Positions 38,333-47,063 of a DNA stretch of 64,000 bases are shown piece by piece; positions within the stretch are counted from its first letter, which is position 1; each line of letters opens with the position of its first letter. The DNA is taken from NCBI GenBank assembly GCA_001512495.1, contig LFRU01000082.1, forward strand, positions 50,775 to 114,774, read 5' to 3'. The position numbers were made by a program, and so were the translations under genes. The notes under the pieces are model-generated. The model saw nothing but the letters and a program-made list of their open reading frames with translations, ran no database searches and was not told where the DNA came from. The stretch is from Syntrophothermus sp. DTU052. GTDB taxonomy: Bacteria > Bacillota > Syntrophomonadia > Syntrophomonadales > DTU052.

Positions 38333-38541
38333 GGAAAGAAAAATAATAATCTGCGTTTAGTATTGGGCTGGTTGTCTATTAGGTCACCTCACATCACCCC
38401 GTTTTTCCTAGTGTTTTAGTCTTGTGCGAAGTTTATCGCGCCAGGGTTTGCGCAGGCACCGTATTCGCATACTGCGCCTTGCCGGAACAGGTTTAACTTT
38501 TTGTCTTGTAGGCCGCAATTTAACCGGCATCGAAGCACCTC

Positions 38542-38802
38542 CTATAACCCGAAATATGCGCATATTGCAGACCAGACCGCATAAATCTTCTCGCCAAAGA
38601 AGGTTAAGATAGGATGATTAACCCCCTGGCTATAGGCCGTATAAATCAGAACACTAACGATTACAACGACCGCCAGGATAAAGATTAGGTCCATAAGCAT
38701 GTTCCACAACACGCCAAAAAGGCTACCGGTTTTACGCCCTGTAGCCTTGCTGGTTTCTCTAACTTTTTCCTCTAATCGCTGGATACTCAAATTACCCACC
38801 AC
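38542..38802 (-). CDS. small membrane protein (86 aa)
   Basis: two hydrophobic helices; overlaps upstream gene by 16 nt. Confidence 0.45.
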   Translation of the reverse strand: MVGNLSIQRLEEKVRETSKATGRKTGSLFGVLWNMLMDLIFILAVVVIVSVLIYTAYSQGVNHPILTFFGEKIYAVWSAICAYFGL

Positions 38803-39041
38803 CTAACAATTGTTGCATTACCGGCCTCTTGATTAAGCCTGGTAGCCGATTTGTAGGCATCCACCATGCCGATTATCCAGGTTATGATTCCTGTAACATA
38901 TCCAATCAGGATAAATGAGAGTAGTATGTTAACCACGTCAAGAATCAAAAACACGGCCATTTTCTTAAATTGACCGTTGTAGAGCTGGCCCAGGCCAGGA
39001 ATAAAGAAACTGAGAACTGCTGCTATTCCAGGGTTTTTCAA
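38787..39041 (-). CDS. small membrane protein with FIPGLGQLYNG motif (TM2-like)
   Basis: motif SFFIPGLGQLYNGQ plus second TM helix. Confidence 0.5.
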   Translation of the reverse strand: MKNPGIAAVLSFFIPGLGQLYNGQFKKMAVFLILDVVNILLSFILIGYVTGIITWIIGMVDAYKSATRLNQEAGNATIVRWWVI

Positions 39042-39073
39042 AAAAGAACAACTCCTTTCAGTAATTTTGAGAA

Positions 39074-40129
39074 CTAAAGTCGTAGGGATAATACAAATTC
39101 AGCAATATAATCTGAAGCTTGGATTAAGGCAGTCATAAACCGGTTAGGTTCAGGAAATATTGATGCGATCACACCAACAGCCCAGATCATTCCTGCAATC
39201 AAACCAACCGTCAGGGCAATAAAAAAGCAAAGTTTGATAAAATGATAGGTAATACTAAGCAATGTACCGCTTAAACTGGAAGCGGTTTTTATTGTTGACG
39301 TAGCTTGAGCAAGAAAACTGAACCTAGAGTCCCTGTTAGTATGGTTGTCCTGAGCATCTATGGGCTCATTGTTTAATTGCTTAACAACCACTGGCTCCGT
39401 TTTTTGTCGGGGCAACGTCGTTTTCTTCTTCAAATGTTGAAACAACTGTTTTTTCTGCTTCGGGATAGGTTTCTGTTCCGTCCCAATTTCATCGTCACGA
39501 GTTTCATCCAAAGCCTGATCGCTGCCCGATTCCTTAACTGGCTTAAATTTTGCGGGTTTTGACTCACCACCTTTCTTTTTGGCTCGAAGCCTGTTCCAAA
39601 AAGGCTCCTTCTGTTCCGGTTCATCTTGAGTTTTAACTGTCCACCGGGCAGCTTGAGCGTAGGTTGGACTTGGATTCTGCAACGCCAATCTTAACGCCGA
39701 AATAGGGTCTTCGTGAGGTTCGGGAGCAACAATATCGTAAATACCCATCCCGACTAGTGCTGCAACCGTTTTATCACCGGGTTTTCGGCCCACTGCCAGG
39801 ATAACAATACGGGTATTCGGCCTCACTATCCGATAGGCATGCAGGGCCTCCAATACTGCACCAGGAGGCCCAGAATCCAGGTCTAGGACTAGTGTATGCA
39901 GGTTTAGCCGCCCGGCTTCGATTAGGGCGTTTTTAATCTCCAAATTGTCAAATCGACCGTATTGTTGGTACTCGAAGTCGCAAAAGAAGTCATGTTTTTC
40001 CTGGGCAACACATCCTTTCAAGGACAGAACCTCCTTATAAAGCAAATAACCCGGTTTTGCCGGGTGTAGGGGATTAAGTAGGTATTCAGTTAACAAGGTA
40101 AGCGCTTCACTAGTTGACCGATTGACCAT
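39074..40129 (-). CDS. hypothetical protein: receiver-like N-terminal fold, Lys-rich linker, C-terminal TM helices
   Basis: VLDLDSGPPGAVLEALHAYR...RIVILAVG...GMGIYDIV resembles a CheY/CpaE-type pseudo-receiver; weak. Confidence 0.4.
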   Translation of the reverse strand: MVNRSTSEALTLLTEYLLNPLHPAKPGYLLYKEVLSLKGCVAQEKHDFFCDFEYQQYGRFDNLEIKNALIEAGRLNLHTLVLDLDSGPPGAVLEALHAYRIVRPNTRIVILAVGRKPGDKTVAALVGMGIYDIVAPEPHEDPISALRLALQNPSPTYAQAARWTVKTQDEPEQKEPFWNRLRAKKKGGESKPAKFKPVKESGSDQALDETRDDEIGTEQKPIPKQKKQLFQHLKKKTTLPRQKTEPVVVKQLNNEPIDAQDNHTNRDSRFSFLAQATSTIKTASSLSGTLLSITYHFIKLCFFIALTVGLIAGMIWAVGVIASIFPEPNRFMTALIQASDYIAEFVLSLRL

Positions 40130-40241
40130 GTAACAAGCGATGTAGTTTAGTAGGTTACCAGGTAACAGGTTAACTAGATAAGTAGTAACACGATTAAGTA
40201 GATAACAGGTTAATCAGTGAATCAGGCAACTACTTAGTTGA
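40130..40241. promoter_or_regulatory. intergenic region packed with short repeats
   Basis: TAACAGGTTAA at 40163 and 40203 (40 bp apart); TAAGTAG(T/A)TAACA twice; CTACTTAG inverted copy. Confidence 0.35.
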
Positions 40242-40781
40242 TTACTTACTTGTAAACATTGTTGCCGGGTCTACCGTAACGCCGTTAACGGTAACCTCAA
40301 AGTGGAGGTGAGCACCGGTACTTAAATAGCCAGTATTCCCAACCTTTGCGATTACCTCACCCGCAGCAACCTCCTGGCCCACTCTTGCAACCTTATCAGA
40401 TAGGTGACAGTATCTGGTCATTATTCGTTCTCCATTTTCGTTTACTCCGTGGTCTACCACCATTGTCCAGCCGACCGCATCCGAATACTCATAAGAAATT
40501 ACCTTGCCGTTGGCAGGGGAAAGAGTTGGCGTACCCTCCGGGGCCGGTATGTCAATTCCATAGTGCATACGATAATCGCCGATGATCGGATGCGTTCTCA
40601 TGCCGTATGGACTCGATATTGTGTGATAACCTGGAAGGGGCCAAATCATTTCGCCGGAGTATAGTGCGTTATAATTACCCGCTGCGACTGACTTAAAGCC
40701 GATTAAAAAGTCATATCGGATAGCCAGGTACTTAGTCTTTACATCGTCCTTGGCCTTCTCATCCATTCCTAACTCAGCCAT
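40242..40781 (-). CDS. M23 peptidase domain (T4SS cell-wall hydrolase, C-terminal part)
   Basis: HYGIDIPAPEGTP and GAHLHFEV metal motifs; reading frame continues upstream through one TGA into ORF 40851-41252. Confidence 0.85.
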   Translation of the reverse strand: MAELGMDEKAKDDVKTKYLAIRYDFLIGFKSVAAGNYNALYSGEMIWPLPGYHTISSPYGMRTHPIIGDYRMHYGIDIPAPEGTPTLSPANGKVISYEYSDAVGWTMVVDHGVNENGERIMTRYCHLSDKVARVGQEVAAGEVIAKVGNTGYLSTGAHLHFEVTVNGVTVDPATMFTSK

Positions 40782-40850
40782 TACCTCATCAATAGTCTTG
40801 AGGCGGTATGTAGGATAATCAACGCAAACTGCGTCTTCACCTTCACCTGT

Positions 40851-41252
40851 TCAATGGGTACAGGTTCCGGTTTCCTCGACAAAGCGCAAGGCCAACTCAT
40901 ACGCACGCTCCAGCGAGGATTTATTAAAATTCTGTTTTAACCTCACCGCATCTATGGCAATTACATTTTGCCAATCGACGTACACCCCGGGGTCACATGG
41001 GCTCTGCGTCATTTCAGTTACGCTTTTCGCGGCCTGCCAGTACCAGACTGCCTGCTCTTTGGTAGTGCATACAGGTACGCGTTCATGTATAACCACGGGA
41101 ATAATAACCATTATCAGCAGGGCGATAAAAACTGAAATAACCCCGACTGCTATTGTAGCTAGGGTTTTTCCATCGTTTTCGATTAAGTCACGTAAAACGG
41201 CAGCGATTACCTGTACTGCTCTTAGTGCGGCTTTTAAAACAGCAGCTCCCAT
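40851..41252 (-). CDS. membrane-anchored N-terminal part of the T4SS hydrolase
   Basis: TM helix IAVGVISVFIALLIMVIIPVVI; ends at TGA that is in frame with the M23 ORF 69 nt downstream. Confidence 0.5.
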   Translation of the reverse strand: MGAAVLKAALRAVQVIAAVLRDLIENDGKTLATIAVGVISVFIALLIMVIIPVVIHERVPVCTTKEQAVWYWQAAKSVTEMTQSPCDPGVYVDWQNVIAIDAVRLKQNFNKSSLERAYELALRFVEETGTCTH

Positions 41253-43030
41253 CAGCTACCACCGCCAACTAAATACGGGGCTTCATACGGTGCAGACTCA
41301 ATTTTGACGTGGATTCGCTGATTACCGGCAACCAGCAAGCCTTCACCACGTTTGGCCGTTTGAAGTAAGTCTGCTTCGGCTTCTGTCAGATTCATCATTT
41401 CTTTTAAAGCCATCAAATCTTTATCGCCTTGGGCCAGAAGCAGCTTATAGGCAGGGTTGTCCAGGATAGCCTGACCATGTCTGGCGACTGCCGGGTCCAG
41501 AAAATCTATAACGTTTTGGCTGGCAACCATAAGCGCTCCCATGTACTTACGGATTCGTTTTGAGGTGTCGCGCAAAAAGGCCAAAGCCTGAGGGGTCTGG
41601 TCATCTGCCAGCATCCAGGCTTCGTCAACAAATAAAATAACCTGGGAAGTGCGATCCTGTTTGATTAGGTTCCAGGCGTAGGATAAGACGTTGAAATATT
41701 GCGCTCTCTTAACGGCATCATCGGCGTTTTGTAGATCATGCGTATCCAGCACCACGAACTCGCTGTCCGCAGTAGCAGTGGTTGGACCGTTCCAAAGAGC
41801 CGCATCCGCACCCTCAGCAGGACGGCGAAGCAAAATAGCCAGCCTATCATACTCGGGGTTCTTTGCTTGTCTTTCAAGTATATACTGGTACAGATCGCTC
41901 ATAATCGGCCACTGGTCGGGAGGGACATCATCCGGAATAGTTGCAAAATCAATACCTTTTTCACGGTAGACTTCAATTAAGGCATCTTCCAGCATGGCTC
42001 TCTCAATTTCTGTTAAGTCTCGCAAATACAAGGAAAAGAAAGTGCGCAGGATTTGTAAATGTAGCCCTAATGGAGTTTGCGCATCAAAGATCGATTTTTC
42101 ATCATCGTCATCGTCCTGCTCAATAGGTACAGAGCGCACCTGTAGCGGGTTAATTCTCCCTTTCCCTCCCGCAACATTGACCCATGCACCACCTAGTTGC
42201 TTACACATGGCCCGATATTCTCGTTCTGGGTCGATAATAATTATTTTGGCTCCCTGGGCATATTCGCGCAGTAAAAGCATCTTTGCAGTATACGATTTAC
42301 CGGTGCCAGGCTTACCCAAAATAGTCCAGTTAGAGTTAGTTCTATCACCACCACGCTTCCATATATCAACAACAACCAGGCCGCCGGCCTGATCACGCCC
42401 CAACATCACTCCCGATGCGTCATTTATCCCGCCAGACACAAAAGGGAAGGATGCTGCCACCGTTTCAACCGGCATATTCCGGCCACCTGCCTTGAGCAGT
42501 TCCGGGTCAAGGATGCTCCACGGTCCTACAGAGCGCAGTCCCTGCTCTTGCCGAAAAATAAGTGTGCGGCCTATCATTCCGGCGGCAGCCAAAGCGCTTG
42601 CCACTTGTCGGGTCCGCCTGTCGAGAAGCTCCCGATCTGGGGCAACAATAAGAAGAAGAACGGTTAGATAGAATACGTTTTGTTTTTCCAGGTCGATCTT
42701 TTTAAGTAAGGTCTCGGCATCCTGTAGTGACTGCTCGGTTCTTTTCATAACTAAGGCATTACCGCCCATGTTGAGCCGCGAGGTGTATTCTCCAATCGCT
42801 TTTGAAATGGATTTTACAAGCTCCACCGCATTTGTCGGTGTTAAATGAAGAGAGGTGACAACTCCAGGTATCTGCGTTACCCGCGATAACCAGGCCATGC
42901 CAACCGATGGGGGATAATCAGAAATAACCATCACCCTTCCTTCCATATCGCCAAGCTGGAGGGCATCTTTTTGAAATTGGATAGCCTGCGGGGCCAGGGC
43001 ATCCAATAACCCGGACTGTATAGTATCCAT
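41252..43030 (-). CDS. virB4: VirB4-type conjugation ATPase
   Basis: Walker A GKPGTGKSYT, Walker B VILFVDEAWML, position after PrgI-like gene. Confidence 0.9.
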   Translation of the reverse strand: MDTIQSGLLDALAPQAIQFQKDALQLGDMEGRVMVISDYPPSVGMAWLSRVTQIPGVVTSLHLTPTNAVELVKSISKAIGEYTSRLNMGGNALVMKRTEQSLQDAETLLKKIDLEKQNVFYLTVLLLIVAPDRELLDRRTRQVASALAAAGMIGRTLIFRQEQGLRSVGPWSILDPELLKAGGRNMPVETVAASFPFVSGGINDASGVMLGRDQAGGLVVVDIWKRGGDRTNSNWTILGKPGTGKSYTAKMLLLREYAQGAKIIIIDPEREYRAMCKQLGGAWVNVAGGKGRINPLQVRSVPIEQDDDDDEKSIFDAQTPLGLHLQILRTFFSLYLRDLTEIERAMLEDALIEVYREKGIDFATIPDDVPPDQWPIMSDLYQYILERQAKNPEYDRLAILLRRPAEGADAALWNGPTTATADSEFVVLDTHDLQNADDAVKRAQYFNVLSYAWNLIKQDRTSQVILFVDEAWMLADDQTPQALAFLRDTSKRIRKYMGALMVASQNVIDFLDPAVARHGQAILDNPAYKLLLAQGDKDLMALKEMMNLTEAEADLLQTAKRGEGLLVAGNQRIHVKIESAPYEAPYLVGGGS

Positions 43031-43035
43031 TCAGC

Positions 43036-43653
43036 TTATACCTCCTTGTAGAGAGTTGTGATAGGGCTGCCAAGCGGGGTTGCTTCAAAGGCAGCCTGAG
43101 AAGGATTCAGAAATGAGAACAGCATATCAAGAATGTCTGTATCCTCGCAAATGCTCACTTTCAAGCCACTTTGTGAAATATTCCCGGCAAGCTCAAAAGC
43201 CCTTTGGGTAAGCTCGTCCTTGGCATGTTTGCTTTTCGGCTGTGAAATCAAAATATAAAATCTTAGCTCCGTTGCTTCGCCCCTGTGAACCACTGTAGCC
43301 ACGTAATGCAAATACTCTGTCAGCAATCGTTTTCTGGTAGCGTCCACGCTTTCACGCGCCATCTGCTGTAGGCGTTCTAAATAGTTGTCCAGGTCTACGG
43401 GCCGAGGCAGGCAAAATATTTGTATAGGCTCCATCTGACCGTTTAATGCTTCGTGAAGCGCAGTAATGATTTGTTTTTTCTCGCTTTCAGACTTCAGAGT
43501 TATGTTCATGGGTTCGACACGCAGTACGGCCACCAAATTATCATCTTTGCGCCAAATAAAAGAACTGGTTACGTCCTGAAACGGTAACCAGTCCTGCGCC
43601 GCTTTCTTTTGTGTCTGTTCAGTCGGGACTGACTTTTTCTTTTTCAGTCGCAA
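43036..43653 (-). CDS. conjugation protein resembling the extreme N-terminal region of Gram-positive VirB4 homologues
   Basis: WLPFQDV...LVAVLRVEPMNITLKSESEK pattern; ends 5 nt before the virB4 ATG, different frame; AAGGAGGT SD for downstream gene inside its 3' end. Confidence 0.55.
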   Translation of the reverse strand: MRLKKKKSVPTEQTQKKAAQDWLPFQDVTSSFIWRKDDNLVAVLRVEPMNITLKSESEKKQIITALHEALNGQMEPIQIFCLPRPVDLDNYLERLQQMARESVDATRKRLLTEYLHYVATVVHRGEATELRFYILISQPKSKHAKDELTQRAFELAGNISQSGLKVSICEDTDILDMLFSFLNPSQAAFEATPLGSPITTLYKEV

Positions 43654-43947
43654 CTACAGCCCTCCCTTCTGGTATAAATAGAGTTTTTGAGACTGTTGAT
43701 ATTTATATAGGCTTATTGCAACTTCTATCAACTTAGTATCGTTCATGATCGGTTGTCCTGCGATAAAACCTAAGAACCCAAACAGCATAATTGGTATTAC
43801 CCGAACAGGCCCGGATGTAACCAAGCCAAACAACATAAATAGCAATCCACCAATACCAAGCCCGGCAAGCAGCAAGAATAATTCCATCCAGCCCCAGCCG
43901 GGGAAGAATTCGAAGCGGTTGGATATGTTGCGCGGGATTAAGTACAT
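43654..43947 (-). CDS. PrgI / VirB3-like small membrane protein
   Basis: N-terminal IPRNISNRFEFFPGWGW and two TM helices, directly upstream of VirB4-type genes. Confidence 0.6.
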   Translation of the reverse strand: MYLIPRNISNRFEFFPGWGWMELFLLLAGLGIGGLLFMLFGLVTSGPVRVIPIMLFGFLGFIAGQPIMNDTKLIEVAISLYKYQQSQKLYLYQKGGL

Positions 43948-43955
43948 ATGCCTAC

Positions 43956-44849
43956 CTACCCCCTCGTTGCTAACCTGCGTATAACGGCGGCAGTTCCTAC
44001 GTGCTGAACAACTCCACCAATAGCCCCGCCAACCCCGGTCTGGGCAACTATTTGCTGCAGAAATACTGGGAATTTAATCGCTGCCCATAAAAAGCCGATA
44101 AATAGCAGGCCGCCTGATACAGGGGCTGCCGATACTATTGAGGCAAATGAACCGAAGGCTCCACGCAGAAGAAACATTTGAATCGGAATTGCAAAACACT
44201 GTCCGAGTAACGCTTTAAGCCAGCTGCCGCCCAGCTCATTTTGAAAAGCCCACATCCACGGACCGATAATCATTAACATTCCAATCGTAACCGTTCGTAC
44301 TGCAATCTGAATGTACAGTATTAAGGCCATTACAAAACCGATAAGCATCAATAAAACCATGCCGGAGGTAACCACGCCGGAAGTCCCTAGAGCTACTGCC
44401 ACAACCGCTTGCTGTATGGACTCCACGTTGGGTACGGCCTGGAAACCCATAACATCATCGACAATTGATAGCGCAAAAGTGAGTACCTGTTTTGCTATCC
44501 AGGGGCTTGTTGCTATCATTGCGCAAGCAATAGCGGCATCCTTTAGTAATACCCCAGGATGAGACTCCTGGCCGGATGAATGTAGCATGTAGGTCCGCAG
44601 AGCCTCAAAGGCTATTCTCGCTACAAGCAGCGTAGCGGCCATAGTCACCGAGTACGTTACGGCCTGCTGAATATAAGTGTTACTCAGCAGTTGGTTGATT
44701 GTGTCCAGCTCACGACCAAATATCCCAGTTACCATGTCCACTGCGTCATTCAGCAGTTTAATGAGGACTGCATTGACGCTATCAATTATCATGTTTTGGA
44801 GTGGCTCGGTGATATGTTCCGATATCCACTTCCCGATGGACTCAAACAA
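43956..44849 (-). CDS. polytopic membrane protein in VirB6/TrbL position
   Basis: about six hydrophobic helices, Gly-rich C-terminus; assignment by topology and position only. Confidence 0.6.
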   Translation of the reverse strand: MFESIGKWISEHITEPLQNMIIDSVNAVLIKLLNDAVDMVTGIFGRELDTINQLLSNTYIQQAVTYSVTMAATLLVARIAFEALRTYMLHSSGQESHPGVLLKDAAIACAMIATSPWIAKQVLTFALSIVDDVMGFQAVPNVESIQQAVVAVALGTSGVVTSGMVLLMLIGFVMALILYIQIAVRTVTIGMLMIIGPWMWAFQNELGGSWLKALLGQCFAIPIQMFLLRGAFGSFASIVSAAPVSGGLLFIGFLWAAIKFPVFLQQIVAQTGVGGAIGGVVQHVGTAAVIRRLATRG

Positions 44850-44880
44850 ACAGACCTCCTCCCTTCAAGATGCGGGTTGC

Positions 44881-45204
44881 CTACCCGCCGTAAAACGATA
44901 ATACTGTTTTCACTATGCCAGCTGCGGATTCGGCGATTATGCCTGCAATCAAAGCGTTTCTCATTGCACGGCTATGTAGGGCCGCCTGGGCTGGATCACC
45001 TTCATTTAGTTGCTTGCCAAGGGCGTGCCACGCGATAAAACATCCACAAGCCACGGGGACAAGACGGAGAAACCAGCCAAGCGCCGCATCCAACAGATTT
45101 TCTGTACCTGTAACGATGGTAGGAGCTTCGTTCGCAAAGGCAGGGGAGGACCAGGCCAATATAATTAGACCTAACAGACCGAGCAAATTAATAACTTTGT
45201 GCAT
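44881..45204 (-). CDS. VirB2/TrbC-like pilin candidate
   Basis: signal peptide ending PAFA, two hydrophobic segments, size about 100 aa, position next to VirB6-like gene. Confidence 0.4.
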   Translation of the reverse strand: MHKVINLLGLLGLIILAWSSPAFANEAPTIVTGTENLLDAALGWFLRLVPVACGCFIAWHALGKQLNEGDPAQAALHSRAMRNALIAGIIAESAAGIVKTVLSFYGG

Positions 45205-45236
45205 AATAACTTTACCTCCTCTTTAAAAATTCACGT

Positions 45237-46688
45237 TTAAAAACCAAGAATATCAACGCTTGAGCGTTCCTGCCCACAGTTGCCGCTTCGGTTTTCAGAC
45301 GCTCGATTTATTACTTCCGGCAACCAGGGTTCCGGAATTTGAATAGGCACTTCCGGGTCTGGCTCCCCGGCGCGACCCAAATCCAAATCCCGGTAGATAG
45401 GCAACTGAGATATATCCACCAAAGGCAACCGAGCAGCCTGTAAACGAGTGCGTAAAACCAGTGCGGAGTCAACAGGCCAGCGTAATACCTCATCCTTCAT
45501 GACTAGCGGGCGGGAAGTCAACCCTTGAGTAACACCCTCCGAACGGGAACCGGATATTTGAGCCGACGAGTTGTAGGATTCTGTTGCCACTGTGTAATTG
45601 CCACATTTCGCTGAGATCAACTCTGCCGTTTTAATATCGCTTGTCAGTATATATATCCAGGTCCAGCATTGCCCCATAATTGTGTTTTCCCGCCGGGGGT
45701 AGTGCTCTGAAAGTTGGTCAATGCCCTGGACCGCCAATGTAAATCGAATTCCACGCCCTCCTGCAGTTGTAATCTTGGTAGTAAAATCAGCAATAGCCGG
45801 AATGTTGCCAAACTCGTCCAATATATAGTTAACTCGAATTGGCAATCGCCCGCGGTGTTGGTTAGCCAGGTCAATAAGTGCGCTGTAGCTTTGCTGGATG
45901 TACAAAGATGCTAAAACGTTTCGGTTCGACCGCTCGTCAGGGATAACTAAGAATACGGCTGTTTTCTCTCTGCCCAATGCCGCCAAATCATGATCCTGGT
46001 CGGCGACCATCCAAACAATAGCTGGATCAACTCCGAAGATTTGAAGGGTGGTAAGCGTATCTGTCGCTATGCTGGAGCGCAACCGATCTGTTGACATCTT
46101 GTAGACCGCAAAGGGATTGCGGGAAGGATGGTTAATTGGCAGCGACAGAAAATACTTGTCGAGCTCCTGACCGCCATCCTGTCCTAAGTGAGCCAGCAAA
46201 TTAAAAACTGTGCCCATGTGTTTGTGTGGCCTGGGGGCCTCAACAGCTACGGCCAGAATAAGTGCAGAAATCAGAGCTTTTTTAGCGGCCGGCCATATTG
46301 GGTCTTTATATTCCCCGGCGTAGGCAAGTGTATGAGCTATATCGTCTGCGTGCTGCACGGCAAGTGCTGTGTTATTAACCGCAAGAGCCTCCAGCACCGG
46401 GTTAAGCAGGTTCCAACGGTTGCCGGTATTTGGTTTTCTGAAGTCAAGGGTGACGATGTTGTAACCTTTAGATCGTAAATAGTCTTTCGTAATCGGCTGC
46501 AACTCTTTTTTAAGGTCGTTCACAATCATTGATTCGCCGGATTTGCCCAGGTGCCAGATGGTCGGCATTATTACTCGCCGCGATTTCCCTGAGCGAGTAG
46601 TCCCGATTAAAAGGACATGGGTATCATCATCAACAGTCCAGTATTTATTCCTGGCCGGGTCTGTACCAATAACAATTCCGCCGGTCAC
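45237..46688 (-). CDS. virD4: VirD4/TraG-type coupling protein, cytoplasmic ATPase part
   Basis: Walker A IGTTRSGKS, FLVIPDE Walker B-like; GTG start preceded by GGGGGTGA; in frame with ORF 46701-47063 across a single TAA. Confidence 0.9.
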   Translation of the reverse strand: MTGGIVIGTDPARNKYWTVDDDTHVLLIGTTRSGKSRRVIMPTIWHLGKSGESMIVNDLKKELQPITKDYLRSKGYNIVTLDFRKPNTGNRWNLLNPVLEALAVNNTALAVQHADDIAHTLAYAGEYKDPIWPAAKKALISALILAVAVEAPRPHKHMGTVFNLLAHLGQDGGQELDKYFLSLPINHPSRNPFAVYKMSTDRLRSSIATDTLTTLQIFGVDPAIVWMVADQDHDLAALGREKTAVFLVIPDERSNRNVLASLYIQQSYSALIDLANQHRGRLPIRVNYILDEFGNIPAIADFTTKITTAGGRGIRFTLAVQGIDQLSEHYPRRENTIMGQCWTWIYILTSDIKTAELISAKCGNYTVATESYNSSAQISGSRSEGVTQGLTSRPLVMKDEVLRWPVDSALVLRTRLQAARLPLVDISQLPIYRDLDLGRAGEPDPEVPIQIPEPWLPEVINRASENRSGNCGQERSSVDILGF

Positions 46689-46700
46689 GTTTTCACCCCC

Positions 46701-47063
46701 TTAAAAACGATGTACATTAAAGTTTTTGTCGATCTCTTTTTCGGTCTGCCACCTAGCGGTTCCAAACTGGCCGTGGCCTGAAGGACGGGGAACATCGCCC
46801 TGGTAATTTACGTTAACCAAACTGCGACCGGTTAGCCAGATCCAGGCAATAGCTGCGACCGCCATTGGCTGTATATACTTCCAAACGTCAAAAACCTGCG
46901 GCAATGCGGCAATCCAGCCAAAAACCGAAAGCTCAAATTGATTATAAGTACCGTGTTTAACTTGACTTGGGATCATTAACACCTGGGGCAAAACCACGAA
47001 GTCGATAATGATGACTATTAACGTAAAGGCAATTCTGAAAGGCAACGCCTTATCTTTCCTCAT
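46701..47063 (-). CDS. VirD4/TraG-type coupling protein, N-terminal transmembrane part
   Basis: two TM helices and GTARWQTEKEI motif typical of T4CP N-termini; terminated by TAA 12 nt before downstream GTG. Confidence 0.7.
   Translation of the reverse strand: MRKDKALPFRIAFTLIVIIIDFVVLPQVLMIPSQVKHGTYNQFELSVFGWIAALPQVFDVWKYIQPMAVAAIAWIWLTGRSLVNVNYQGDVPRPSGHGQFGTARWQTEKEIDKNFNVHRF

Noticed and set aside
40851-40853. Selenocysteine recoding of the in-frame TGA in the hydrolase gene
   Set aside because: I could see no SECIS-like hairpin immediately downstream, the flanking residues have no redox-motif context, and the second interrupted gene uses TAA. Nonsense mutation or a natural split is more parsimonious.
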